From Meiothermus sp. (GTDB taxonomy: Bacteria > Deinococcota > Deinococci > Deinococcales > Thermaceae): a DNA stretch of 64,000 nucleotides. A program made the translations under genes and the position numbers. Positions 1 through 10,859 of this stretch are shown piece after piece. Numbering within the stretch: position 1 is the first letter of the stretch; each line of letters starts with the position of its first letter. A model generated the notes under the pieces. The model was not told the DNA's origin and made no database searches. It saw nothing but the letters and a program-made list of their open reading frames with translations. The stretch spans positions 32,168 to 96,167 of the forward strand of contig JANRLD010000002.1 in assembly GCA_033762915.1 (NCBI GenBank). Direction: 5' to 3'.

Positions 1-652
1 GGGAGCCGACTCCAGACTGGACCTGCAGGCGCTCGAGGCGCAGCCCGCTCAGGTTCAACTCGCTCTCGCCCACCCCGCTCTGGAGGTTGATCGAGAGTAG
101 CGGAACCGGCGAAAGGGCCAATTCCCAGCCCCGGTTTCCCCGGAAACTGCCGCCGCTTACGTTGCCCTCCGAGCGCAGGTTGACCACGCTAAGATCGCCC
201 TCGGTGCGGGTGCTGGGCTCCAGACGCTCCCCCGGCAGCAACCGGGCGGTGCCGGAGACCAACAGCTCGGCCGAGCCGCTGCTGGTCAGCTCGAGCTTGG
301 TCACCCCGGTGCGGAGATTGATCTCGGCTCTGGGGGTGCCCTGAAGCGGGATGGAGATTTTAAGCTCGCTCCCTGCCGCCCCCGGGCGGGCGTTCCAGCC
401 GATCAGCGCGACGGCCCCCAGCACCGCCACACCGGCGATCACCGGCAGGCGCAGGGGGTTGTCGCGCAGTAGGTAATTCAGCCCCAGAACGATCAAAATC
501 AGCGGCCAGAGCTGCCAAAGGGTGGCCAGCCAGTCCCAGCTAAACCACCCGAAATTGCCGAACAGCCAGAACACTCCCACCGCGATCAGCACAACCCCCC
601 AGAACAGCCCGTCGCCTCTGGGGATTTTGGATTGATTGGAGTTTTGGGTCAT
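1..652 (-). CDS. LiaF/DUF5668-like membrane protein with C-terminal toast-rack-like domain (3' end outside window)
   Basis: Manual translation from ATG 652 (GGAGG upstream): MTQNSNQSKIPRGDGLFWGVVLIAVGVFWLFGNFGW...LWQLWPLILIVLGL, then repeated L-x-L-x-SGVG units; frame open to the window edge. Confidence 0.75.
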   Translation of the reverse strand, partial: MTQNSNQSKIPRGDGLFWGVVLIAVGVFWLFGNFGWFSWDWLATLWQLWPLILIVLGLNYLLRDNPLRLPVIAGVAVLGAVALIGWNARPGAAGSELKISIPLQGTPRAEINLRTGVTKLELTSSGSAELLVSGTARLLPGERLEPSTRTEGDLSVVNLRSEGNVSGGSFRGNRGWELALSPVPLLSINLQSGVGESELNLSGLRLERLQVQSGVGS

Positions 653-742
653 GGGAACCTCCAGGTAGGGAAGAGGGAGCAGGCGTAAGACAGGTGAGGG
701 GTGAGGGCAAAGGACAACGCACCTCGCTGCGTCTGCCCTCAG

Positions 743-1450
743 CTATCCGCCGGCCTTTTCGCCGCCGCTTCCCGGCTCGTCTTTAGCCTTGTACTGGTCG
801 CCGTACGTGGTCGGGGGAACCGAGCTGCCGGTGCCGGTGGGCTGGGGCGGCAGGGGCGGGCGCGGGCGGTTTTTCATCAGCAAATACGCCCCGCCCGCCA
901 CCAGGGCCAGCGGGAGTAGGAAGCCCAGCAGCGACTGCATGCCGTCGTTGGTGAGCAGGGCCAGCACCAGGCAGGCCGCCGCCGGGAAGACTGCCCAGCT
1001 CTGCCCGACCAGCCAGACCGCGGCGAAGGTCGCGGCCAGGCCTACGAAGAACAGCCAGCCGCCGCCCCCATTCGAGCCCTCGGTGCCCGCTACCAGGCCC
1101 AGGGTGAGCAAGGTACCCGCGGGGATCAGCGCCCACCAGTAGTCGCGGCGCATAAGGTAGACCGCCAGAAAGCCCAGCCCGATGGCCCCCAGGAAGACCC
1201 CGCCGCCCCAGTTGTCGCCGAACAGCGGCTCGAAGAGGATCAGGGTGCCCAGGCCCAGCAGGGTGAAGCCGGGGATGAAGGGCCACCACTGCCCCTGATT
1301 GGCCCGCTGGTAGGCCAGAAAGCCTGCCCCCGCTGCGATAAACAAGGCCCCCCAAATCCAGCCGGCCAGGTTGAGGCCGAGGTTTTGCAATAGGAACAGC
1401 ACCCCCAGCCCCAGCAAACCCCAGCCCCACAGTTGCGTGTTTCGGTTCAT
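743..1450 (-). CDS. Multi-pass membrane protein (LiaF/LiaI-like N-terminus, repeated WWxxIPxxTL units)
   Basis: ORF track 743..1471; ATG 1450 follows GGAGG; highly hydrophobic. Confidence 0.75.
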   Translation of the reverse strand: MNRNTQLWGWGLLGLGVLFLLQNLGLNLAGWIWGALFIAAGAGFLAYQRANQGQWWPFIPGFTLLGLGTLILFEPLFGDNWGGGVFLGAIGLGFLAVYLMRRDYWWALIPAGTLLTLGLVAGTEGSNGGGGWLFFVGLAATFAAVWLVGQSWAVFPAAACLVLALLTNDGMQSLLGFLLPLALVAGGAYLLMKNRPRPPLPPQPTGTGSSVPPTTYGDQYKAKDEPGSGGEKAGG

Positions 1451-1499
1451 ACCACCCTCCTCGAGCTCCACGGTACGTCATGGGCGGGGAGTCGACCAT

Positions 1500-1511
1500 T
1501 GACTTTAGTCA
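1500..1511. promoter_or_regulatory. Inverted repeat TGACT-TT-AGTCA, possible LiaR/NarL-family operator
   Basis: Palindrome about 50 bp upstream of the Lia-like genes. Confidence 0.4.
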
Positions 1512-1799
1512 TACCTCGAGCGCCGAATGCCGACTGCCAACCCCGCACGGCCAAAGTCTCCCCCGCAATCATTACAGGTCGATTACAGGGTTGCCTCGGT
1601 CGTTCGGCTGACCTGGGGCGCTCTGGGTAGAACCTGCCGCACCACCGGGTAGCCCGGCGGGCTTTGAGGTTTTCTCGCCGCCGCCAAGCTCCCCCAGAGC
1701 AGCGCGCCGCCAGCGGGGGGTGCGGAGCCTCATTCGCTTGACCGGGCTCACTGGGGGGACTTACCAGCCGCACTCTTTCCCGCTCTCGCCCGCTCCCTT

Positions 1800-1891
1800 T
1801 CGCGTTTCCCACCCTTAACCTCCCTCGCGGTGGCAGGTAATGTACTCCCTACGGCGGTTTTTGCTGTAGGGAGTATGCGTGGGAACCGCTC
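1800..1891. mobile_element. MITE family A copy
   Basis: Ends TCGCGTTTCCCAC...GTGGGAACCGCTC; matches copies at 17494, 19703, 47415, 48084, 54257, 56077. Confidence 0.85.
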
Positions 1892-2020
1892 TTAGCCCCG
1901 CTCCGGTCTCCCAGCCCCCAAACCCGGTGTACTTATTGCACTCCAAAACCTGCCCCACTGGGTAAACAAACCTCGAGAGGACCGTATAATGCACAGCGGC
2001 AGAATTAAGGAGAGCGAACC

Positions 2021-3151
2021 GTGAATCTACACGAATACCAAGCCAAGGACATCCTGGCCCGCTACGGGATTCCCGTGCCTCCGGGCAAGGTCGCCTACAC
2101 CCCCGACGAGGCCAAGCAGATCGCCAGCGAGTACGGCGACCTGGTGGTGATAAAGGCCCAGGTTCACACCGGCGGGCGCGGTAAGGCGGGCGGGGTCAAG
2201 CTGGCCCGGAGCCCCGAGGAGGCCAGAGAGAAGGCCGGTCAGATTTTGGGCCTGGACATCAAGGGCTTCATCACCAAGAAGGTGCTGGTGGCCAAGGGGA
2301 TCAACATCGCCAAGGAGTACTACGCTGGGATGATCCTCGACCGGGTGACCCAGCGGGTGGTGCTGATGCTCTCCAAGGAAGGCGGCGTGGACATCGAGGA
2401 GGTGGCCGCTACCCGCCCCTACGCCCTCATCAAATACCCCATCAACCCCGCCACCGGCCTGCGTCCCTTCGAGGCCAGGGAGCTGGTCAAGCGGGCTGGG
2501 ATGGAGGGTAACCTCAACAAGCTGGCCGACCTGCTGGTGAAACTCTACCAGGCCTACGTCGGCATTGACGCCTCCACCGCCGAAATCAACCCGCTGGTCA
2601 TCACCGATACCGGCGAGGTGGTTGCCGCCGACGCCAAGATCGTGCTCGACGACAACGCGCTCTACCGCCACCCCGACCTCACGCCGCTGCGGGAGTTCGA
2701 GGCCGAGCACCCGCTCGAGGTTGAGGCCTCCAACTACGGCTTCAGCTACGTCAAACTCGACGGCTCGGTGGGTGTGATCGGCAACGGCGCGGGCCTGGTG
2801 ATGTACACCCTCGACCTGGTGCAGCGCACCGGAGGCAAGGCCGCCAACTTCCTCGACATTGGCGGAGGAGCCAAGGCCGACATTGTGTACAACGCGGTCA
2901 AGGTGGTGATGAAAGACCCCGACGTGAAGGGCCTGTTCATCAACATCTTTGGCGGCATCACGAGGGCCGACGAGGTGGCCAAGGGCGTGATCCGGGCCAT
3001 CGAGGACGGTATCCTCACCAAGCCGGTGGCCATGCGCGTGGCCGGCACCGCCGAGGAGGAAGCCAAGGCGCTCCTCAAGGGCCGCCCGGTCTACATGTAC
3101 CCCACCTCGGTGGAAGCGGCTAAGGCCGTCATCGAGATGACCAAGAACTGA
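2021..3151 (+). CDS. sucC: Succinyl-CoA synthetase beta subunit
   Basis: [45 protein letters not shown] motifs; TATAAT at 1985 and AGGAG RBS. Confidence 0.98.
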   Translation: MNLHEYQAKDILARYGIPVPPGKVAYTPDEAKQIASEYGDLVVIKAQVHTGGRGKAGGVKLARSPEEAREKAGQILGLDIKGFITKKVLVAKGINIAKEYYAGMILDRVTQRVVLMLSKEGGVDIEEVAATRPYALIKYPINPATGLRPFEARELVKRAGMEGNLNKLADLLVKLYQAYVGIDASTAEINPLVITDTGEVVAADAKIVLDDNALYRHPDLTPLREFEAEHPLEVEASNYGFSYVKLDGSVGVIGNGAGLVMYTLDLVQRTGGKAANFLDIGGGAKADIVYNAVKVVMKDPDVKGLFINIFGGITRADEVAKGVIRAIEDGILTKPVAMRVAGTAEEEAKALLKGRPVYMYPTSVEAAKAVIEMTKN

Positions 3152-3222
3152 GGGCTTAGGGTTTGGGACTTAGGGCTTAGATTTCCGTTGTTCCCTGTTC
3201 CCCTCCTTGTTCCTTGTTCCCC
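3151..3222. repeat. Degenerate heptamer tandem repeats (AGGGCTT x4; TGTTCCY x4) in the sucC-sucD spacer
   Basis: AGGGCTT AGGGTTT GGGACTT AGGGCTT ... TGTTCCC TGTTCCC .. TTGTTCC TTGTTCC. Confidence 0.6.
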
Positions 3223-3237
3223 AAACCGGAGGTTTGA

Positions 3238-4110
3238 GTGAGCATCCTAGTCAATAAAGATACCAACGTAATCGTCCAGGGCATCACCGGGCGCGAAGGG
3301 GCCTTCCACGCCGAGGCCATGATGAAGGCCGGAACCAAGGTGGTGGCGGGCGTGACCCCTGGCAAGGGCGGCCAGACCACCCTGGGCGTGCAGGTCTATG
3401 ACACCGTGAAGGAGGCGGCGGTGCACCACCACATCGACGCCTCGATCATCTTTGTGCCCGCAGGCGGGGCCGCCGACGCCGCGCTCGAGGCCGCCCACGC
3501 CGGGGTTCCCCTGGTGGTGCTCATCACCGAGGGCATCCCCACCATGGACATGGTGAAGGCCGTGGCCGAGATCAAGAGCCTGGGCAACGTGCGCCTGATC
3601 GGCGGCAACTGCCCCGGCCTGATCACCCCCGAGGAGTGCAAGCTGGGCATCATGCCCGCCAGCGTGTTCAAGAAGGGCCGCGTCGGCCTCATTTCCCGCT
3701 CCGGCACCGTCACCTACGAAACCGCCAAGGCCCTCTCCGACGCTGGCTACGGCATCTCGACCTGCATCGGCATCGGTGGCGACCCCATCATCGGCACCAC
3801 CTTCAAAGACCTGCTGCCGATGTTCAACGACGACCCCGAGACCCACGCCGTGGTGGTCTGCGGCGAGATCGGTGGCTCCGATGAGGAGGACGCCGCCGCC
3901 TACGTCAAGGAGTACATGAGCAAGCCGGTGGTGGGCTTCATCGGCGGGCGCAGTGCGCCCAAGGGCAAGAAGATGGGCCACGCGGGTGCGATCATCAGCG
4001 GCAACGTGGGCACACCCGAGAGCAAGCTGGCCGCCTTCGCCGACGCCGAAGTGCCGGTGGCCGACACCATCGACGAGATCGTGGAGTACGTGCGGGCCAA
4101 GCTGGGGTAG
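3238..4110 (+). CDS. sucD: Succinyl-CoA synthetase alpha subunit
   Basis: [30 protein letters not shown] phospho-His motif. Confidence 0.98.
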   Translation: MSILVNKDTNVIVQGITGREGAFHAEAMMKAGTKVVAGVTPGKGGQTTLGVQVYDTVKEAAVHHHIDASIIFVPAGGAADAALEAAHAGVPLVVLITEGIPTMDMVKAVAEIKSLGNVRLIGGNCPGLITPEECKLGIMPASVFKKGRVGLISRSGTVTYETAKALSDAGYGISTCIGIGGDPIIGTTFKDLLPMFNDDPETHAVVVCGEIGGSDEEDAAAYVKEYMSKPVVGFIGGRSAPKGKKMGHAGAIISGNVGTPESKLAAFADAEVPVADTIDEIVEYVRAKLG

Positions 4111-4126
4111 AAATCTAGAAGTTAAC

Positions 4127-4160
4127 AAAGCGCTCGAGTTGAAATAGCTCGAGCGCTTTT
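4127..4160 (+). terminator. Intrinsic terminator after sucD
   Basis: AAAGCGCTCGAG-9nt-CTCGAGCGCTTTT. Confidence 0.8.
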
Positions 4161-4168
4161 CCTGAAAA

Positions 4169-4281
4169 GTTGCGCCATAGTGAGATTGCAGGACTTCAGC
4201 ACAGCCTCATCAGCGAGCGGCTTGTGGGCGCAATTGCCCGATCTATCGGTGAGTGCGGATGCTGCAATTCCACGGAGATAC
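4169..4281. mobile_element. MITE family B copy
   Basis: GTTGCGCCA...GGAGATAC; near-identical to 27118..27233. Confidence 0.8.
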
Positions 4282-4357
4282 TAAATCACTCTGGTGCTCT
4301 TTCAGTCTCGAAAACTTATCCAACAGGGTTCGGGTCGCCCACCACATTTGGTCTTGA

Positions 4358-4478
4358 CAGCCTTTCCCACGAATGGCCCGCACATAGAGGCTCGGATGTG
4401 CGGGTTAGGGGTACAGTACGCCCGCTGTAACGAGCTCTTCAGGGCATCACCGGGTGAGGCGTAATGGTGGGAACTGCT
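4358..4478. mobile_element. Degenerate MITE-A-superfamily element (subtype D)
   Basis: TGA-CAGCCTTTCCCACGAAT...GTGGGAACTGCT; internal CGCAC..AGAG.CTCGGATGTGCGGG shared with 32356 and 41080. Confidence 0.55.
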
Positions 4479-4609
4479 TATGTGGGAACAGTTTCCAGAG
4501 TTCCAAATCCAGCCACGTTAAGCTGCCTTATGAAAGCATGTATACCAAAGCGCTACTTCACTTCAGACGCTTCGTTTGAGCTGGAGGCTTCATCGAGCCC
4601 GCCCCGGCC

Positions 4610-5572
4610 CTACCGTACCTTGATGGGCTTCTCGCCTTCGGGGAAGGCGTAGCGCAGGCGCATCAGGAGGTCCTGGGGGTAGTTGCCAAAGCGCCGCCCG
4701 AAGAGGTTGATGCCGCCCACGTGGCGGGCCTCGGGCTTAATGCCCAGGCGCACCTCGATGTGGTTGGCGGCCTCGAGCTTGAGGTCGCGCACCCTTATCT
4801 TGGAGAGCGGCTCGCCGTCGATGAAGGAGCCCTCCCCGTTGACCCGCCAGCGCTTGAGCACCCCGTACTGGGTCTGGTCGTCGGGCCACCAGGCTGGGGT
4901 CAGGTTGCCCTTGGCGCCGCCGAAGTCGCCGGGGGAAGTCCAGGTGCCGATCTCCACCCCGTTGATCCACAAGGTGATGTCGGAGGGCCAGTCGGGGTCG
5001 TACTGGGGGGCCTCGGAGCACAGCTCGGCGGAGAACTCGAGTTCGGTCGTCCGGGCCCCCCTGGGGACGTTGTTGGGGAAGGCGTACTCCACGTAGCCCC
5101 GCCCAAACCACAGGAGTTGGGCGTAGACGTGCTCGGGCTCGTAGAAGCTGCGCACGTCGTCGAGCATCCCGATGAACTTGCCTTCCGAGGCCAGCCCGCA
5201 GGTCGGCCAGACCTCGCAGCGCTGGTAGTTGCCGATGGGCATGGAGATTTCCACCACCTCCTGGTCGGCCTCCACCGCCACACCGGGCAGCTTGACCAGG
5301 ATCTCGTCGTAGCGCTTGGCCACGATCTTCTGCGAGCCGCGGGTGCCCGGCACGTACTGCACCACCAGGAGCCCGGCCTCCTCGAGCATCTTGAGGTTGG
5401 TGCTCACGGTGGAGTGGGCCATGTTGAGGGCCTCGGCCAGCTCCGAGACGTTCATGCCCTCGTGCGAGAGCAGGCTGAAGATCAGCATCCGACTGTCGGA
5501 GTCCAGGGCCCGCAGCACTGCTTGGGCGCGCTCCCCTTCCACGACCAGACGGCGATTCCCCGACGTGGGCAT
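4610..5572 (-). CDS. ArsR-family HTH transcriptional regulator with long C-terminal domain (sugar-cluster type)
   Basis: N-terminal HTH (LRALDSDSRMLI...NVSELAEALNMAHSTVS); C-terminal ELCSEAP, WPSDIT, SPGDFGG, LTPAWW motifs; ATG 5572 after GAAAGG. Confidence 0.85.
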   Translation of the reverse strand: MPTSGNRRLVVEGERAQAVLRALDSDSRMLIFSLLSHEGMNVSELAEALNMAHSTVSTNLKMLEEAGLLVVQYVPGTRGSQKIVAKRYDEILVKLPGVAVEADQEVVEISMPIGNYQRCEVWPTCGLASEGKFIGMLDDVRSFYEPEHVYAQLLWFGRGYVEYAFPNNVPRGARTTELEFSAELCSEAPQYDPDWPSDITLWINGVEIGTWTSPGDFGGAKGNLTPAWWPDDQTQYGVLKRWRVNGEGSFIDGEPLSKIRVRDLKLEAANHIEVRLGIKPEARHVGGINLFGRRFGNYPQDLLMRLRYAFPEGEKPIKVR

Positions 5573-5592
5573 TAGGCCTTTCCTCTCATTCG

Positions 5593-5725
5593 TTTCGATT
5601 TTACTTGAAATATCGAAACAATCAACCTGCCGGGTGCCACTGATTCGCAAACGTCTGTGTGGGAGAAACATTTATTTCGTAAATATTTGACACATTTCAC
5701 ATTTCACGGTAATATTTCGCTGAAA
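5593..5725 (+). promoter_or_regulatory. Sigma70 promoter TTGACA(5687)-17-TAATAT(5710) with operator-like TTTCGAT..ATCGAAA and repeated ATTTC motifs
   Basis: Read directly in the AT-rich divergent spacer. Confidence 0.7.
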
Positions 5726-5775
5726 GTCAACCTATAGCCCGCCCATCTCCGGCAACCGCTGCCCCAGGAGGCTTG

Positions 5776-7599
5776 ATGTTCTATTCCCTTCATCCCAACC
5801 CCCTGCTCGAGCGTCCCCGCTGGCGTAGCCTCGAGGGCACTTGGCAGCTCTCCTTCGACGAGGCGGAGCACCCCGGCCAGGTGTCCTTCGACCGCGAGGT
5901 GCAGGTGCCCTATGCGCCGGAGAGCGTTCGCAGTGGGCTCCACGAGCAGGGCTACCGCCGGGTGGTGTGGTATCGGCGCAACATTCCCCTCGAGGCGACC
6001 GAGTTGGGCGGGCGGGTGCTGTTGCACTTCGAGGCCGTGGACTACTCCGCCAAGGTCTGGGCCAACGGCCAGTTGGTGGTCAGCCACCAGGGCGGTCACA
6101 CCCCCTTCTGGGCCGACGTGACCGAAGCCATCAACGGCGACAGCGTGCTCGAGGTGATCGTGCGGGCCGAGGACGACCCCCACGACCTGCACAAGCCCAG
6201 GGGCAAGCAGGACTGGCGGCCCCGCCCGCACTCGATCTGGTATCCCCGCACCACCGGTATCTGGCAGACGGTGTGGCTCGAGAGCGTGCCCGCCACCCGC
6301 GTCGGGGGCCTGCGCTGGACGCCCGACCTGGACAAGTGGGCCGTCCAGGTAGAGGCCGAGGTGGCGGGGGAGCGGCGGGATGGCTTGCAGCTCGAGGTGC
6401 GGCTGAGCCTGGCCGGGCGCACCGTGGCCCTGGACCGCTACGCTGTGCAGGAGGGGCGGGTCTCGCGCCAGATCGCCCTGAGCGACCCCGGCATTGACGA
6501 CGCCCGCGACGACTGGCTCTGGAGCCCCGAGCACCCGCAGCTGATCGAGGCCGAGCTGCGGCTGCTGGCGGGCGAGGAGGTCCTGGATACCGTGCGGAGC
6601 TACACCGCGCTGCGATCGGTGGCGGCGGCGGAGCGGCACTTCTGGCTCAACGGTCGGCCCTATTACTTGCGGCTGGCCCTGGATCAGGGCTACTGGCCCG
6701 AGGGGCTGATGACCGCCAGCGACGCCGAACTGCGCCGCGAGGTGGAGTCGGCCAAGGGTCTGGGCTTTAACGGGGTGCGCAAGCACCAGAAGCTCGAGAG
6801 CCGGCGCTGGCTGTACTGGTGCGACGTGCTGGGCCTGCTGGTCTGGGACGAGATGCCCAGCTGTTACAGCTTCTCCCCGACCGCCATCGCCCGGCTGACC
6901 CAGGAGTGGATTGAGGTAATGCGGCGCGACCATTCCCACCCCTGTGTGGTGGCCTGGGTGCCCTTCAACGAGAGCTGGGGCGTGCCCGACCTGCCCCGCA
7001 ACCCCGCCCAGCGCGAGTACCTGCGCGGCCTCTATCACCTCACCAAGGCCCTCGACCCCAGCCGGGTGGTCAGCGCCAACGACGGCTGGGAGCAGCCCTG
7101 CTCCGACCTCCTAACCATCCACGACTACAACCCAAGGCCCGAGCACCTGCTGGGTCGCTACGGCACCCCCGAGGCCATCGCCCACAGCCTGGGCCAGGTG
7201 CGCCCCGGCGGGCGCTCCTTAACCCTGGGAGGCTTCGCCTGGGGCGAGCAGCCCGCCCTGCTGAGCGAGTTCGGCGGCATCGCATTCTCGAGCTCTCCCG
7301 GCGATGGCTGGGGCTACAGCCGGGCCAGCGACAGCCAGGACTTCCTCGAGCACTACGCCGCGCTGCTGGGGGCGGTTCATCAGAGCACCGGTCTGGCGGG
7401 ATTCTGCTACACCCAGCTCGCCGACACCTTCCAGGAGAAGAACGGCCTGCTCTACGCCGACCGCACCCCCAAGGCCGACCTCTCTAAACTGGCCGAGGCC
7501 ACCCGAGGCCCGCGCCAGTCCACCCACATCAGCAACCCGCTCGGCTACAGCCGGCGGTGGCTGGAAAAACAGCAACCCAAGATCGAGGAGGGCGTATGA
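5776..7599 (+). CDS. Glycoside hydrolase family 2
   Basis: [45 protein letters not shown] (acid/base), SEFGG (nucleophile). Confidence 0.9.
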   Translation: MFYSLHPNPLLERPRWRSLEGTWQLSFDEAEHPGQVSFDREVQVPYAPESVRSGLHEQGYRRVVWYRRNIPLEATELGGRVLLHFEAVDYSAKVWANGQLVVSHQGGHTPFWADVTEAINGDSVLEVIVRAEDDPHDLHKPRGKQDWRPRPHSIWYPRTTGIWQTVWLESVPATRVGGLRWTPDLDKWAVQVEAEVAGERRDGLQLEVRLSLAGRTVALDRYAVQEGRVSRQIALSDPGIDDARDDWLWSPEHPQLIEAELRLLAGEEVLDTVRSYTALRSVAAAERHFWLNGRPYYLRLALDQGYWPEGLMTASDAELRREVESAKGLGFNGVRKHQKLESRRWLYWCDVLGLLVWDEMPSCYSFSPTAIARLTQEWIEVMRRDHSHPCVVAWVPFNESWGVPDLPRNPAQREYLRGLYHLTKALDPSRVVSANDGWEQPCSDLLTIHDYNPRPEHLLGRYGTPEAIAHSLGQVRPGGRSLTLGGFAWGEQPALLSEFGGIAFSSSPGDGWGYSRASDSQDFLEHYAALLGAVHQSTGLAGFCYTQLADTFQEKNGLLYADRTPKADLSKLAEATRGPRQSTHISNPLGYSRRWLEKQQPKIEEGV

Positions 7600-8906
7600 A
7601 CCAATACATGAAGTTCGGCCTGGCAGCACTCTTGGTGGTCGGCGCGGGCGGCGCGCTGGCCCAGGGCTACAGCGGCCCCAGGGTGGAGATCACCTACCTG
7701 CACGGCTTCACCGGCCCCGATCGTCCGGTGATGGAGGAGATGGTCAAGCGCTTCAACGACGCCAACCCCAACATCGTGGTCAAGGCCACCGCCCAGCCCT
7801 GGGGCACCACCTGGAACCAGCTCGAGCCCCTGGTGGCCTCGGGCCGGGCCCCCGACGTAGTGGTGGTCAACGAGGACCAGATCACCCGCTTCATCGCGCG
7901 CGGTGCCCTCACCCCCATCGGCCCGGCCACTTTCAGGAACGCGGGCATTGACACCCGGCGCTTCTTCACCCCGTTGTTCCAGACCTCCGACTACAAGGGC
8001 CTCTCCTACGGGGTGCCGATCTCGGCGGTGGCCTACGTGATGTTCTACAACAAAGACCTGATGAAGAAGGCCGGGGTGGCCAAGGTGCCCACCACCCGCG
8101 CCGAACTGCTGGCCGCCGCCCAGGCCTGCACCACCGACAAGGCCGGCAAGAAGGCCACTGAGGCCGGCTTTGACGGCAAGAACCTCGAGACCTGGGGCAT
8201 CAGCCTGTACAACAACTGGGTGGGTGCCCGCATGGCCTACTCGGCCATCCTCCAGAACGGTGGCAGCCTGGTGGATCGGCAGCTCAACGCCTCATTCAAC
8301 AGCCCCGAGGCCGTCGAGGCGGTGCAGTTCCTGGTTGACCTGGTGGCCAAGCACAACGTGGCCCGCCCCAACTCCACCGAGGAGGCCGAGCTGGCCGCCT
8401 TCAGCCAGGGCAAGGTCTGCTTCTTCCCCTCTGGCCAGTGGTACCTCGACCGCTTCGAGAAGACCCCCAACTTCAGCTTCGGGGTATCCTTCGTGCCGCG
8501 CGTCGGCTCCAAGAAGGACGCCACCTGGGGCGGCTCCTCGCACCTGACCCTGCCCCGCCAGCGCCCCAACTACGACCCCAACAAGCGGGCCGCCGCGCTG
8601 GCCTTCATGAACTTCATGTCCTCCGCCGCCCAGAACCTGACCTGGACCTCAACCGGCAGCCTCCCCACTGTGCGGGCCGTGGCCAGCGACAAGAAGTTTG
8701 AGACCCAGCCCATCGCAGGCATCTTCGACAAGCTCGACAGCATCTACGCCACCTCTGGCTTCCCCTGGGGCGGCCAGGTGCTCGGGCCGTTCGACGGGGC
8801 CTGGGAGCGGGCCTACCTGGGCAAGCAACCGGTCAAGCAGGCCCTGGATCAGGGCGTGGACGAGGCCAACAAGCAGATTGCCCAGGCCCGCCCGAACTTC
8901 CGCTAG
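7596..8906 (+). CDS. Sugar ABC transporter substrate-binding protein
   Basis: Signal peptide (..ALAQ); YGVP..MFYNKDL motif; ATGA overlap with GH2. Confidence 0.92.
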   Translation: MNQYMKFGLAALLVVGAGGALAQGYSGPRVEITYLHGFTGPDRPVMEEMVKRFNDANPNIVVKATAQPWGTTWNQLEPLVASGRAPDVVVVNEDQITRFIARGALTPIGPATFRNAGIDTRRFFTPLFQTSDYKGLSYGVPISAVAYVMFYNKDLMKKAGVAKVPTTRAELLAAAQACTTDKAGKKATEAGFDGKNLETWGISLYNNWVGARMAYSAILQNGGSLVDRQLNASFNSPEAVEAVQFLVDLVAKHNVARPNSTEEAELAAFSQGKVCFFPSGQWYLDRFEKTPNFSFGVSFVPRVGSKKDATWGGSSHLTLPRQRPNYDPNKRAAALAFMNFMSSAAQNLTWTSTGSLPTVRAVASDKKFETQPIAGIFDKLDSIYATSGFPWGGQVLGPFDGAWERAYLGKQPVKQALDQGVDEANKQIAQARPNFR

Positions 8907-9027
8907 TAAGCCCCGTGTGGTCTGGGGACGCTTCCTCCGGCCCACACGTCCAGAGCCTCTGCCGCCTCCTCCTGGCAGGGGCTCTGCCCCTTAGCCCCTC
9001 GAGCGTCCCCGCTCCTCGGAGGTCAGC

Positions 9028-9972
9028 ATGAGCCCGGCCACCAGGCCGAACCAACGGCGGGGGAGTCTCCTCGCGCTCAACGAGTCGAACCCGCTGATCC
9101 CCTACCTCTTCCTGCTGCCGCACGCGGTTTTCTTCCTGGTCTTCGTGATCTATCCGGTCGGTTACGGGCTGTACATCAGCCTGCACCGCTGGAATCTGCT
9201 GGAAGGCCAGCAGGAGTTTGTGGGCCTGCTGTTCTACCGCAACCTCTTCGACCCCTCCACCCCGCAGTACAGCTTCTTCTGGAAGACCCTGCTCAACACC
9301 GCCTTCTTCACGGCCGTGAGTACCCCGCTCTTGGTGGGGGCAGCGCTGGGGCTGGCGATCCTGCTGTACCGGCCGATCTTCGCCCGGGCGGTATTCCGGG
9401 CCATCTTCTTCATGCCAGGGATCCTCTCGGTGGCGGTGATGGGCATCCTCTGGCGCTGGATGTTCGACAACCAGAGCGGACTGGTCAACGTGATCCGGGA
9501 GCAGTACTTCGACCTGCCGGTGATCCAGTTTCTAACCACCGAGTGGTGGGCCTGGGTGCCGATCATCGTGGGCACGGTCTGGTGGACCATCGGCTTCAAT
9601 ATGACGCTTTACCTGGCCGCGCTGGGCGGGATCTCGCCCACGCTCTACGAGGCCGCCGAGATTGATGGGGCCGGCCCTTGGGCGCGGTTCCGCTTTATCA
9701 CCTGGCCGCTGCTGTCGCCCACCACCCTCTTTATCACCGTGACTACGGTGCTGGCGAGTTTCCAGCTGTTCGGGCAGTCGCTGGTGATTACCAACGGCGG
9801 CCCGGTGCGGAGCACCCAGAGCGTGATCCAGTACATCACAGAGGAGGCCTTCGGGAACAACCAGCTGGCCAGCGCCAGCGCGATGGCCTTTGTGTTCGGG
9901 CTGCTGATGCTGGTCTTCACGGCGATCCAGTTCCGGCTGATGGTGCGCGACATGAACGCGGAGGGGAGGTAG
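9028..9972 (+). CDS. Carbohydrate ABC transporter permease
   Basis: EAA loop LYEAAEIDGA; transmembrane segments. Confidence 0.93.
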   Translation: MSPATRPNQRRGSLLALNESNPLIPYLFLLPHAVFFLVFVIYPVGYGLYISLHRWNLLEGQQEFVGLLFYRNLFDPSTPQYSFFWKTLLNTAFFTAVSTPLLVGAALGLAILLYRPIFARAVFRAIFFMPGILSVAVMGILWRWMFDNQSGLVNVIREQYFDLPVIQFLTTEWWAWVPIIVGTVWWTIGFNMTLYLAALGGISPTLYEAAEIDGAGPWARFRFITWPLLSPTTLFITVTTVLASFQLFGQSLVITNGGPVRSTQSVIQYITEEAFGNNQLASASAMAFVFGLLMLVFTAIQFRLMVRDMNAEGR

Positions 9973-9973
9973 C

Positions 9974-10846
9974 ATGGCCGCCCTGCCCAACTCCCCTCGA
10001 GGCTCCCGGTCCCAGGCGCGCTGGCGGCGGGTGCGCGATGTGCCGCGGTTCGTGCTGCTGGTGGTGCTGGCCATCATCTTCTTGGCGCCGCTGTACTGGA
10101 TGCTGACCACGTCCTTCAAGCCGGAGGCGGAGACCATCTCGATACCCGTGCAGTGGGTGCCGGCCAACCCGACGCTGGAGAACTATGCCGAGATCGTCAA
10201 CTCGCCGGACGGGAGGCTGCTGCGCTGGACCTGGAACTCGGTCTTCACGGCGGCGGCCTTCACCCTCGCGACGCTGGCGCTGTGCGTGCTGGCGGCCTAC
10301 CCGCTGGCGCGGATGAGGTTCCGGGGGCGCGAGCTGTGGTTCTGGTTCATCCTGAGCAGCATGATGGTGCCGGGGATTGTGACGCTGATTCCGAGCTACA
10401 TCATGATGCTCAACCTCAACTGGATCGACACCTACCACGCGCTGATCTGGCCGGGGGTGGCGAACGCGTTCGGGGTGTTCTTGCTGCGGCAGTTTTTCCT
10501 GGGGATACCGCGGGAGCTGCAGGAGGCTGCCCGGATGGACGGGGCGAACAGCCTGCAGGTGCTGCGGCACGTGATCCTGCCCTTGTCGGTGCCGGTGCTG
10601 GTGACGCTGGGGGTGTTCAGTTTCATGGGCTCGTGGAACAACTACGTGTGGCCGCTGTACGTGGCGACGTCACCGGATATGCAGACGCTGCCGGTGGGGA
10701 TCACGAGCTTCTCGCAGCGGTACGTGACGGAGTACGGGAAGCTAATGGCGGGGACGGCGCTGGCGGCGGTGCCAGTGCTGGTGGCCTACCTGCTGGCCCA
10801 GCGCTACTTGGTGCAGGGCATCGCCCTCACCGGCATGAAGGAGTAA
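9974..10846 (+). CDS. Carbohydrate ABC transporter permease
   Basis: IPRELQEAARMDGA; SWNNYVWP. Confidence 0.93.
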   Translation: MAALPNSPRGSRSQARWRRVRDVPRFVLLVVLAIIFLAPLYWMLTTSFKPEAETISIPVQWVPANPTLENYAEIVNSPDGRLLRWTWNSVFTAAAFTLATLALCVLAAYPLARMRFRGRELWFWFILSSMMVPGIVTLIPSYIMMLNLNWIDTYHALIWPGVANAFGVFLLRQFFLGIPRELQEAARMDGANSLQVLRHVILPLSVPVLVTLGVFSFMGSWNNYVWPLYVATSPDMQTLPVGITSFSQRYVTEYGKLMAGTALAAVPVLVAYLLAQRYLVQGIALTGMKE

Positions 10847-10859
10847 AGGAGTAGGGGAG

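Noticed and set aside
4170..4430. Short ORFs such as MRHSEIAGL and similar ones at 27071, 19789, 32422, 54095 and 55879
   Set aside because: They are translations of the repeated elements, not genes
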